A stretch of DNA of 40,302 nt, from positions 1 to 40,302 of the IMG/VR virus record IMGVR_UViG_3300030104_002640; one strand, 5' to 3'. Every line of letters starts with the position of its first letter. The stretch's first letter is position 1. Position numbers and translations under genes: made by a program. Below, in pieces: positions 8,473-16,301 of the stretch. Under the pieces are notes generated by a model. That model saw only the letters and a list, made by a program, of their open reading frames with translations. It made no database searches and was not told the DNA's origin. This DNA is from a virus. Taxonomy: Duplodnaviria > Caudoviricetes.

Positions 8473-8820
8473 CTAGCTCCAATCAATATCATCATCTTGT
8501 GATGCACTTGGTTTAAATGATTGTTTATTGGAATTTTTAAATTTGGCATTATTTTCTTGTTTTTTTTGCCAAGCTTCTTCAAAAGGCGATATAGTTATGG
8601 TGGGTTTGGCTTTACCATTTTTTGTTTCTCCTAACCAAAGAGTTATATCAATCTGATCTCCCTTTTTAAAAGTTATATCTTCTTTAAATGTATAACCGCT
8701 TGATACTTTATCTTCATCAAACATATACGATTGACCTAAAAATTTTTGTCCAAGCTTTTGTAAAGTATCTAAAAAATCTTGAAATTTAGGCGAAGCTTTT
8801 AAATTAAAATATAATTTCAT
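8473..8820 (-). CDS. Putative ssDNA-binding protein
   Basis: Beta-rich core and acidic aromatic tail QDDDIDWS; follows the annealing-like gene. Confidence 0.5.
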   Translation of the reverse strand: MKLYFNLKASPKFQDFLDTLQKLGQKFLGQSYMFDEDKVSSGYTFKEDITFKKGDQIDITLWLGETKNGKAKPTITISPFEEAWQKKQENNAKFKNSNKQSFKPSASQDDDIDWS

Positions 8821-8828
8821 TTTTTCTC

Positions 8829-9557
8829 CTAACTTGAATGAGGACTTATTTTTCTTTTTTGGATTTCAATTATCAAATTTACCTCATGCAAATCACTTGA
8901 TTTTAATTGTGAAAACCATTTATTGTAACAACTCTTTATTTCAATTATCTGATCCAAGCTGGTCGTTTTTTCTATTAAGGAGGAAAAAGATGCTACTTGA
9001 AAAGGAACATTTTTACTTAACCAGCTTGAATCTGGAGGCTCGATGGTTGCTTCATTAGTAGTAGACTCATTTCCACTACTACTGTTATCAGCCTCATCTC
9101 CTGGAATTTTCATTCCAGAAGAATTCTTTGCTTCTTCTTCTTTGATTGCATCTTTCATTTGCTCTTGTTTGGTTCTTAAATCAACTTCATCTTCTGAATA
9201 AAAATCTCCATGCAAAGATGATAATTTTAGAACAGCTCTATCAAAAGCTCTTTTTTCTGACATGGCAACTGGAAATTTATTTGGTGTATTTTTTGGAGAA
9301 GCTTCTCCATAAGTAATAACTTTTAATTTTCCTTTTTCAGCCACACACTTGTGAACACAAGCACCAACATTTAAATCAACATAAGCAATATCATTTGAAA
9401 TAATATTAATGTTTTCTTTTACACGAATACTCTCCATAGTTTTGTGATCAAACACCCAAGTACCATGACAATCCCAAACATTGTCTTTTCCTAATCCATG
9501 TTTTTTTAATAATTCTAAAGTTTTATCATCAATTTTTTTCCCTTTTATTCTTCTCAT
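8829..9557 (-). CDS. Putative single-strand annealing protein (Rad52/Erf/Sak-like)
   Basis: YGEASPKN...AMSEKRAFDRAVLKL...YSEDE; GGAG RBS favours ATG 9557; downstream of the exonuclease. Confidence 0.55.
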   Translation of the reverse strand: MRRIKGKKIDDKTLELLKKHGLGKDNVWDCHGTWVFDHKTMESIRVKENINIISNDIAYVDLNVGACVHKCVAEKGKLKVITYGEASPKNTPNKFPVAMSEKRAFDRAVLKLSSLHGDFYSEDEVDLRTKQEQMKDAIKEEEAKNSSGMKIPGDEADNSSSGNESTTNEATIEPPDSSWLSKNVPFQVASFSSLIEKTTSLDQIIEIKSCYNKWFSQLKSSDLHEVNLIIEIQKRKISPHSS

Positions 9558-9696
9558 GTTTGACTCCAATGGTTTTGTTTTCTTTTAAATTGTCCTTTAT
9601 TTTTTCTATGTTTAGTAAAACGAGGATCATGTTTATTTTTATCTTTTCGTAAAACTTTTTTTAAAATAGTTCCCCAATCACTACCAAGTAAACTCA

Positions 9697-9891
9697 TTAA
9701 CTTCTCCCAGTCATTTGTTTAATATGATTCCAAATATGTTCGTGGTGTCTTGGTTTTAATCCATTCGCATCTCGTATTTTATTCTTTGTACATTCCTCTT
9801 TAGTTTTCTTTTCTCTTATTTTTAACTCCTGGAGCTGCTCTTCTGTAAGCTCTGGTTCTTTAAAAGGAATAATTTTTAAATGTTCTTCCAT
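9697..9891 (-). CDS. Hypothetical protein
   Basis: Overlaps the exonuclease stop; in operon. Confidence 0.5.
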   Translation of the reverse strand: MEEHLKIIPFKEPELTEEQLQELKIREKKTKEECTKNKIRDANGLKPRHHEHIWNHIKQMTGRS

Positions 9892-10799
9892 AACCCCACA
9901 GCTTCCGTAAATTCTTCTTCATCCAAATCGTTCCAATAAAAACTAGAAAAGTCTGGTGTAATTATTTTTGCTAATTGATAAGGATTAGTAGACATCTGTA
10001 ACCAATTTTGTCTTACTTGTTGAATAATTTGAAATTGTTTTATAAATAAATCTACCTTAACTGGACTTAAACTTTCGCAATGATCTAGGTTTTGTTTATC
10101 GTCTGGTAAGTAACGAAATATTCTGCATTGCTGATCATTAGCACATAAAATAATAGGTAATTTGTTGGTAGCTTTAGAATAAAAAGATACTTGTCGCAGC
10201 CAATCATTTGAAAGTTTTATTGATCCAACAGAACCTGGTTTTGGTTTTCCAATCATGTCTGTTTTTCCTTTAGGATTTTTTTTATAAACTTCTGGCTTAC
10301 CATCTTTTGTTGGTGGTTCTCCTCGCCATTTTGTTTTTATTTCAATGACATATTTTTCATTAATTAAATCAGAATATCCAGTTGTTGGAGCTTTTACTCC
10401 AGGTAGTTGTAGTTCACAATCCTCTTGGGTGTTTGCTTCTGTATCAAAAAAATTAATTCTTTTTAAACCAGAAATACCTTGTAAAACAACAAGGGGTATT
10501 TCATCTATCATTCTTTCATAAGAGTCTTTCCAAGTACCACTTGAATAATGTATTTTTGCTTTTCTAAATTCTTTTAAAGCAACTTGAATAGCAGCTGCTT
10601 CATCTTGTTCGTTGGTTGCATAATGAACAAGTCCAATTTCAACAGATTTACCTCCCTCAACTCTTGGATGAAGTATTCTTTGGGATCGCCAATCTTTATC
10701 TCTAAAGATATAATTGTGCATCCAAACATCATTTGGTAAATTTGTTTGATAAGGGGAGAAATGAAAGCCAATTTTTTCAAAATAATGTGGTATTTCCAT
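9876..10799 (-). CDS. PD-(D/E)XK exonuclease (recombination)
   Basis: GYSDLINEKYVIEIKTKW...RQVSFY; AGAGGGGG RBS. Confidence 0.8.
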   Translation of the reverse strand: MEIPHYFEKIGFHFSPYQTNLPNDVWMHNYIFRDKDWRSQRILHPRVEGGKSVEIGLVHYATNEQDEAAAIQVALKEFRKAKIHYSSGTWKDSYERMIDEIPLVVLQGISGLKRINFFDTEANTQEDCELQLPGVKAPTTGYSDLINEKYVIEIKTKWRGEPPTKDGKPEVYKKNPKGKTDMIGKPKPGSVGSIKLSNDWLRQVSFYSKATNKLPIILCANDQQCRIFRYLPDDKQNLDHCESLSPVKVDLFIKQFQIIQQVRQNWLQMSTNPYQLAKIITPDFSSFYWNDLDEEEFTEAVGLWKNI

Positions 10800-10846
10800 A
10801 ACCCCCCTCTGTATGATAGCTCTCTATAGGTTTCAAGCTAGGTTCG

Positions 10847-10889
10847 GTTATAGTATTAAATGCTAGATTTAGTCAAGAATACTAGAATA
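10847..10889 (-). promoter_or_regulatory. PL-like promoter overlapped by an operator (OL)
   Basis: TTGACT (10876-10871), TATAAC 18 nt downstream; 20-mer TAGTCAAGAATACTAGAATA at 10870-10889. Confidence 0.6.
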
Positions 10890-10919
10890 GTTATCTGTTG
10901 ATAGACTGTGGCTAAATAT

Positions 10920-11678
10920 TTAGATATATTCTCTTTTTATTTCTTCTCCTATAGGAACAAGACCTTCTATGACTAATTGATATATTTTCCTATATGTGCA
11001 ACTTCTTACTTCATAATCTTCAACAATAGCACCATCTTTACTAAAAGAATAATCCTTGATCCATTGAAATTTGCATTCTTTTTTATCAAAATTTGTAATT
11101 TCAAGAACTCTTCCATAATAAGTTTTAAAGTCTGTGCATTGTAATAAAACTCTTTTGTATAAAATATGGCTTATTGTTTCTTTGTTTTTACAAAGTTCCC
11201 CAGACCTTGTATCAAATAAATTATAATTTGTTACATTGCATGAATCTGGCATTTTTTTATTAACTTTTTGAAAAGCATTATAAAGTGAATTATCAGACTT
11301 AGGATGAATACAAGCTCTCATGGCTGGGTGCATTTCTTTTACATCAGTAAAATACAAAGCTTCTGGAGGTTGTTCATAATTTCTTGGTTGGTAGCCATTA
11401 AATCTAGTGTCCCAATACAAAACAATTTCAGCTCTTGGTATTTGAGTCGATAAAACATTTTTCATAGGAAGATTTATAATACGACAAATTTCTTGTATTT
11501 GATTCCATCTAGGATCTAATCTTCCATTTAAAATATCATAACAAGTTTGTGGAGATAGAGATGTATGGGTTTGTTTAGCTTCTCTATTTGCAGCAGCTAA
11601 ACTTTTTCCATTAAACCCAGCATCCTTAATTGCTTTTTTTAAAATTTCTAATCCAAAATCGTTGTCTAATGCTTCCAT
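10920..11678 (-). CDS. CI-like XRE-family repressor
   Basis: N-terminal HTH (LKKAIKDAGFNGKSLA...LSPQTCYDILNGRLDPRWNQIQEICRII); divergent from Cro; flanked by matching operators. Confidence 0.75.
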   Translation of the reverse strand: MEALDNDFGLEILKKAIKDAGFNGKSLAAANREAKQTHTSLSPQTCYDILNGRLDPRWNQIQEICRIINLPMKNVLSTQIPRAEIVLYWDTRFNGYQPRNYEQPPEALYFTDVKEMHPAMRACIHPKSDNSLYNAFQKVNKKMPDSCNVTNYNLFDTRSGELCKNKETISHILYKRVLLQCTDFKTYYGRVLEITNFDKKECKFQWIKDYSFSKDGAIVEDYEVRSCTYRKIYQLVIEGLVPIGEEIKREYI

Positions 11679-11769
11679 TATGTAAAACCACTATCATATA
11701 GAATTTTTTTCTACAAATAAGTTTTAAACAGATAATTAAAGAATCTATGGATAAGTTTTTACATAAATA

Positions 11770-11798
11770 TTGAATAGTCTAGAATCCTAGAATAAGTA
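11770..11798 (+). promoter_or_regulatory. PR-like promoter with operator (OR)
   Basis: TTGAAT-N17-TAAGTA; spacer holds TAGTCTAGAATCCTAGAATA (11775-11794), 18/20 identical to OL. Confidence 0.6.
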
Positions 11799-11812
11799 TC
11801 TATTCCAATAAT

Positions 11813-12025
11813 ATGTTTTTATCTGAATGGAAAACTCTGGAAAATATTAAAACTTTACCAGAATTGGCAAGGCGATTAGGGGTAGATAATACAACAAATC
11901 CAGCAAAACTTGTCCATAATTGGTTGAATGGCAAAGCAAAACCCAGCGGTAAAAACATGGAAAAAATTATTAGAGCCACACATGGCAAGGTTCAACCAAA
12001 TGATTTCTATTCCCAACAAAATTAA
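11813..12025 (+). CDS. cro: Cro-like repressor
   Basis: ELARRLGV...VHNWLNGKAKPS...IIRATHGKVQPNDFY. Confidence 0.82.
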   Translation: MFLSEWKTLENIKTLPELARRLGVDNTTNPAKLVHNWLNGKAKPSGKNMEKIIRATHGKVQPNDFYSQQN

Positions 12026-12326
12026 AATTGGAGCTTGGGATGTAAAAATCCAGCTTCAAGATAATTTATCAGATAAATCTGGAGATGAGGGTTGTTATTA
12101 TGAAGGCGATAAACTCATTGTTTTAGATAAAAAAGTTATTGATTGTACTGATAGATATGCAGTTACTTTAGTTTGGCACGAAATTTGTCATGCAATTCAC
12201 AGTCAATATCAAATTGATAGTGAAAGTGGAGAAGAAAAAACTGTTGGAGCATACAGCCAGGGCATTGTTCAAGTGTCTGGAGATAATCCGCAATTAACAA
12301 AATGGATGGTTCAATGCCTCAAATAG
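12000..12326 (+). CDS. HEXXH zinc metallopeptidase (ImmA/IrrE-like)
   Basis: TLVWHEICHAIH...GEEKTV; in-frame ATG at 12000. Confidence 0.72.
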   Translation: MISIPNKIKIGAWDVKIQLQDNLSDKSGDEGCYYEGDKLIVLDKKVIDCTDRYAVTLVWHEICHAIHSQYQIDSESGEEKTVGAYSQGIVQVSGDNPQLTKWMVQCLK

Positions 12327-12526
12327 AAAATATCACAGATGAAACTATTACTCATGAAGTTAATAAACAAAAACAAAAAATAAAAATCTATCCGCATACT
12401 ACAGCTGTAGTTTCCATAGCTCATAGATGGAAGCTAATATGTTTAGAAAATAAATATAGCTGGAAAACCATAGATGAAGATATTTTGGCAGAAGCGACAA
12501 GGTTCATGGATGAGCCTTCTAAATAA
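12302..12526 (+). CDS. Hypothetical protein
   Basis: In operon, overlaps neighbours. Confidence 0.55.
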   Translation: MDGSMPQIENITDETITHEVNKQKQKIKIYPHTTAVVSIAHRWKLICLENKYSWKTIDEDILAEATRFMDEPSK

Positions 12527-12821
12527 ATGGAAACTTGTTAAGTGTGCTAATGCTGATACTAAACTTAATAGCTCCGCTAGGCGAATAATAGTGTTTCTTT
12601 TGGATAGAGAGAACTCCAGAACAAAAAAACTCTTCCCCAGCCACCTAACTCTAGCCAATGATAGTAATCTTTCTGTACGACAAGTTATTAGAGCTTTAAA
12701 AAGTTTAATTGATAATGGATATTTAAAAATAATTTTAAAAGGTAGTCCAGGGCGATCTACTTCTTATAAAGTTATTCACAAAATCCACACTACTCACACT
12801 AAACCTAAATCTAACACATGA
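12510..12821 (+). CDS. Winged-HTH replication initiator (lambda O N-terminal/HTH_36-like)
   Basis: LNSSARRIIVFLL...FPSHLTLANDSNLSVRQVIRALKSLIDNGYL...GRSTSY; directly followed by iterons. Confidence 0.75.
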   Translation: MSLLNKWKLVKCANADTKLNSSARRIIVFLLDRENSRTKKLFPSHLTLANDSNLSVRQVIRALKSLIDNGYLKIILKGSPGRSTSYKVIHKIHTTHTKPKSNT

Positions 12822-12910
12822 CACTTTTGGTCATAACACATGACACTTTTGGTAAAAATATAGTGTCAATATTGACACACTAATCCTCTTATAATCCATG
12901 AATGAATCCT
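12772..12910. repeat. Putative replication origin: DnaA box, iterons and palindrome
   Basis: TTATTCACA (12772-12780); TAACACATGACACTTTTGGT twice (12812-12831, 12834-12853); perfect palindrome GTGTCAATATTGACAC (12863-12878); AATCC repeats. Confidence 0.72.
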
Positions 12911-13143
12911 TACGACATTTAATAAAAAAGATGGCGAAACACTCAAATGCTAATTATAAAGCAGTAGTTCAAGGTAAAAGAAAAAAATATCAATCTGATG
13001 AAATGATTTATCAGAGAATATTAAATAAAACCCAAGATCCAGAATATGCAGAAAGATGGTTGCAAATGAAGAAAAGTCCTCTTTGGCGAGATAAAGTTAA
13101 AGCAGAACAAATCGCAGCACATCTTCAATGTCTAAAATATTAG
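12898..13143 (+). CDS. Hypothetical protein after the origin (replication-associated?)
   Basis: Basic helical ORF in operon. Confidence 0.6.
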   Translation: MNESLRHLIKKMAKHSNANYKAVVQGKRKKYQSDEMIYQRILNKTQDPEYAERWLQMKKSPLWRDKVKAEQIAAHLQCLKY

Positions 13144-13562
13144 CACAAGATATTATTAATCTTTTTGAAGAAGCTGCTAGAACTGATCGCAGACTTCCAC
13201 CAGCATTTACAAAGCAAAAAACCACCGCTTGGCTAGATTATTCACAAGAAAAAATGTATCAAAGTTCATGGCATAAAACAGAATTTAAAATTATGCCTAA
13301 TCAAAAGCAAGTTTCTAGGTGGTGGATAGCATCTGAATTACTCCGCTTGGTCATTGAGGATATAGACAATCGGAAGTTAATTTGGGCGAGAGCAAAAAAA
13401 ATACCTTTTACCCAGCTTGGTCGGATGTTTGGTTGTTCACGACATAAAATTAAAAATAAATATTTAGAGGAGATCGCCTATCTTCGCTTATGGTTGGAAC
13501 TTCATAAAAATAATAAAAAAATTAATGACATTATTGACAAAATAATAGATAAGAAAAGATAG
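13128..13562 (+). CDS. Late-gene regulator/antiterminator Q-like (DUF6362-type)
   Basis: LFEEAARTDRRLP...RKLIWARAKKIPFTQLGRMFGCSR C-terminal HTH; last early gene before the late region. Confidence 0.6.
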   Translation: MSKILAQDIINLFEEAARTDRRLPPAFTKQKTTAWLDYSQEKMYQSSWHKTEFKIMPNQKQVSRWWIASELLRLVIEDIDNRKLIWARAKKIPFTQLGRMFGCSRHKIKNKYLEEIAYLRLWLELHKNNKKINDIIDKIIDKKR

Positions 13563-13582
13563 AATAAAATAATTGTGTATTT

Positions 13583-13617
13583 AAAAAAAGCCAGAAATTA
13601 ATCTGGCTCTTTTTTTT
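13583..13617. terminator. Bidirectional intrinsic terminator
   Basis: A-run, AGCCAGA-AATTAA-TCTGGCT, T-run, between convergent genes. Confidence 0.8.
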
Positions 13618-13634
13618 GGATAGCACCGCTTGGT

Positions 13635-13805
13635 TTAGTCTTGATCTTTAAAATTTATTTCAAAGTGATTTTCTGCTTTTTGTTTATTATCAAATACATG
13701 ACAATAATCGGTATCAATTTTGCCTTTATTAAATTTTTTAATAAAATTTTCTAAAGAAATATGCTCGATGGCATCTTTTCTACAATCAATTAAATATAAT
13801 GTCAT
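13635..13805 (-). CDS. 56-aa hypothetical protein
   Basis: MTLYLIDCRKDAIEHISLENFIKKFNKG...; ATGA overlap with the upstream HTH gene, GGAG RBS. Confidence 0.55.
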   Translation of the reverse strand: MTLYLIDCRKDAIEHISLENFIKKFNKGKIDTDYCHVFDNKQKAENHFEINFKDQD

Positions 13806-13990
13806 TGTTTAGACTCCTTGTAATAGTTTAATAGTTGAGGAAGCCAACGAGGAATTGGCTTTGCACCGCTTAACCATCTGGACACGATAACTCTATCAGA
13901 TTGTTCGACTTGGTTAAAACAGATACGAGATAAATCAGCTTGAGAAATATCAAGCTGACTCATTAATTTTTTAAGTTGATTTTTATTCAT
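13802..13990 (-). CDS. Small XRE/Cro HTH protein
   Basis: LKKLMSQLDISQADLSR...VSRWLSGAKPIP. Confidence 0.8.
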   Translation of the reverse strand: MNKNQLKKLMSQLDISQADLSRICFNQVEQSDRVIVSRWLSGAKPIPRWLPQLLNYYKESKQ

Positions 13991-14433
13991 GCTGATTTTT
14001 GTAACATTTTTAGGTGTTCTTGATAAATAAAATCTAATCTTTGGTTCATGTGGCTTAACGATTTTGGATCAAGTTTTACTCTACAAATAGTTTTCCAGCC
14101 AACAGCTGGATTAGTATCATATTTTCTTTCTCTTATTTCAAATTTGATAAAAATATCATTTTTTGTATAAAATGTAGGAAAATTAATTTTATAAAGCCAC
14201 TCAATATCGCCATGAATTTCAGAAGTAAGTTCATATTGATATGATCCAGACCTAGTGAAAGAGATATCTTCTTTTTTATTAAGAAGTTCTCTAACAAATA
14301 ATTTTGGATTAGGATAGTGCATTAAGGTAGAGGCTATATCGTAGCCTGTAACCGATAAGTAGCCATCCCAATGACGATAAATAATAGTTTTACTATCGCC
14401 ATAAGTAACGACAATATTTGATCTAGTTGCCAT
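13987..14433 (-). CDS. Conserved phage hypothetical protein (MATRS...IYRHWDGY family)
   Basis: MATRSNI...IYRHWDGY...HGDIEWLY; AAGGAG RBS. Confidence 0.75.
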   Translation of the reverse strand: MATRSNIVVTYGDSKTIIYRHWDGYLSVTGYDIASTLMHYPNPKLFVRELLNKKEDISFTRSGSYQYELTSEIHGDIEWLYKINFPTFYTKNDIFIKFEIRERKYDTNPAVGWKTICRVKLDPKSLSHMNQRLDFIYQEHLKMLQKSA

Positions 14434-14436
14434 TAT

Positions 14437-14721
14437 TTAAGCTCCTTTTTTGATTTGTCTTAATTTTCCAAGCCAAACTAATATTGGAATGAAAACAAGA
14501 CCAATTAAACATCCTAGGCAAGTTCCTATTGCCAAGGAATAAGATAAGGTGGACATTCCACCTAAAAAGTCAGAACAAGCATTGCCAAGACCAGCTCCTA
14601 TGACAGCTCCCAAACCTTTTTGAAGTTTTTTGGGTAGATATTTTTCTAATGACAATCCAGTCATAGCTCCTAGGATCATGATACCATTATCAACAATGCC
14701 ATAAATTATGTATTCGTTCAT
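14437..14721 (-). CDS. TMEM65-like small multi-pass membrane protein
   Basis: YGIVDNGIMILG...GAGLGNACSDFLGG...GTCLGCLIGLVFIP; GAAAGGA RBS before ATG 14721; upstream TTGACT-N17-TACAAG. Confidence 0.65.
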   Translation of the reverse strand: MNEYIIYGIVDNGIMILGAMTGLSLEKYLPKKLQKGLGAVIGAGLGNACSDFLGGMSTLSYSLAIGTCLGCLIGLVFIPILVWLGKLRQIKKGA

Positions 14722-14800
14722 AAATATCCTTTCAATTACTCTTGTAAACATAGGGTTTATATTAGTCAAGGGTTAATATACAAATAATTAAAAAAAAATC

Positions 14801-15055
14801 ATGGTAGGTAGACCAAGTAAAAAAATACAATGTGAAGCTAAAAGAAAATATGATGGGCAACAATGCGAGGCCAAAGGTATTTTAAAAAAGAATGGTCGGT
14901 ATATTTGCCGAATGCATGGCGGTTTATCATTTGGGCCAAAGTCTATTGAAGGCAAGATAAGATCAAGAATGAATTTAAAACAAAATAAAAATAAAAGTTA
15001 TGAAGAAATCAAATCAATTATTACAGACAATCATAGATCAATTACAGCTGGGTAA
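14801..15055 (+). CDS. HGGxSTG-domain protein
   Basis: CEAKRKYDGQQC...NGRYICRMHGGLSFGPKSIEGK. Confidence 0.8.
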   Translation: MVGRPSKKIQCEAKRKYDGQQCEAKGILKKNGRYICRMHGGLSFGPKSIEGKIRSRMNLKQNKNKSYEEIKSIITDNHRSITAG

Positions 15056-15452
15056 CAGCTTAACATCTATTTGTCGTTCAAAAGAAATGCCAAACTTAGC
15101 AACCATTTATAAATGGATGAATGCTGAAAAAGATTTAAAAGAAAAAATATTGGATGCTAGAAGAATTGGAGCAATGACTTGGCTTGATAGAATGCAAGAT
15201 TTATTAGATCAAGAGATTGAGCCGACAGCTGTAGCCTGGGCGAGAGAGAAGTTGCATCATGCTAGATGGATGGCAAGTAAGTTGGTTAGTGTATTCAATG
15301 ATAAGGTTATCAATGAGAATGTTGGAGATCCTATAATAAAAATAGTGTGGGATGATGGCAGTCTAGTAGACAAAGGCAAAGCTTCCGCGCCCACGACAAG
15401 GGGATCGGAAGAGAATAGTGACACAAGTCACACAATTAAAAGGATTAATTAA
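15000..15452 (+). CDS. terS: Terminase small subunit (Sf6-like)
   Basis: GNSLTSICRSKEMPNLATIYKWM...AREKLHHARWMASKL. Confidence 0.8.
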   Translation: MKKSNQLLQTIIDQLQLGNSLTSICRSKEMPNLATIYKWMNAEKDLKEKILDARRIGAMTWLDRMQDLLDQEIEPTAVAWAREKLHHARWMASKLVSVFNDKVINENVGDPIIKIVWDDGSLVDKGKASAPTTRGSEENSDTSHTIKRIN

Positions 15453-15600
15453 GGATTTAAGCCAATGATCAATCGGTACAATGACAATCAATCATAAAAA
15501 TACTGTCAAAAAAAAAGAAAAATGGCAGATTTCCGCCACTCGATCCATCCCAGAAGATCGTGCCGCTTTTTTTTATGTATGATGGGAGAAAAAGATACTC

Positions 15601-15771
15601 ATGGATGAACACATACAAGCTGCAGTATTTTTAAACGAAACTACTAATACTGTGAATATAGAATTATCAAATTTTGAAAACTCAACAGTTGCTATGGAAG
15701 CTGCTAATCTAATTATAGCAGCACTAGGAATTAAGGTTGTAGAGAACACTAATAAGGAAACAGTACATTGA
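15601..15771 (+). CDS. 56-aa hypothetical protein
   Basis: MDEHIQAAVFLNE...KETVH*; TTGA overlap with the methylase start. Confidence 0.6.
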   Translation: MDEHIQAAVFLNETTNTVNIELSNFENSTVAMEAANLIIAALGIKVVENTNKETVH

Positions 15772-16301
15772 TACCTTTTCCAGACAAAAAATATAACATT
15801 ATTTATGCTGATCCAGCTTGGCATTTTAAACATTGGAACGATGATACAGTTACAAGAAAAGCACCTTATGAATTAATGTCAAAAGAAGATATTAAAAATC
15901 TTCCAATTCAAGATATAGCAGAAAAAGATTGTATTTTGTTTATTTGGGTTACTTTTCCAAAATTATTAGATGGATTAGAAACAATTAAATCATGGGGTTT
16001 TGAATATAAAACTTTAGGTTTTAACTGGGTTAAAAAAAATAAAAAAGCAGATTCTTTCTTTTGGGGTTTAGGATATTGGACAAGATCAAATAGTGAATTG
16101 TGTTTAATTGCTACAAAAGGAAAACCTAAACGAGTATCCATGGGAGTTCATCAAATTGTGTATGAGCCAATTAGAGAACACTCACGAAAACCAGATTGTG
16201 TAAGAGATCGCATAGTAGGACTATGTGGCGATCTTCCACGAATAGAAATGTTTGCAAGACAAAAAACACCTGGCTGGGATTGTTGGGGGAATGAAATATG
16301 A
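15768..16301 (+). CDS. MT-A70 family adenine methyltransferase (orphan)
   Basis: YNIIYADPAW, LFIWVT, SWGFEY, GYWTRSNSELC, HSRKP, RIEMFAR, GWDCWGNE. Confidence 0.9.
   Translation: MIPFPDKKYNIIYADPAWHFKHWNDDTVTRKAPYELMSKEDIKNLPIQDIAEKDCILFIWVTFPKLLDGLETIKSWGFEYKTLGFNWVKKNKKADSFFWGLGYWTRSNSELCLIATKGKPKRVSMGVHQIVYEPIREHSRKPDCVRDRIVGLCGDLPRIEMFARQKTPGWDCWGNEI

Noticed and set aside
12812-12853. Possible mini-CRISPR
   Set aside because: Only two 20-bp repeats with a 2-nt gap and no cas genes; fits iterons
12811-12900. Frameshift or read-through fusing the initiator to the downstream ORF
   Set aside because: Stops occur in all three frames across the origin, so a single shift cannot join them
14722-14769. 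TTG-started N-terminal extension of the membrane protein in the ORF track
   Set aside because: The TTG is better read as a -35 box; the RBS points to ATG 14721
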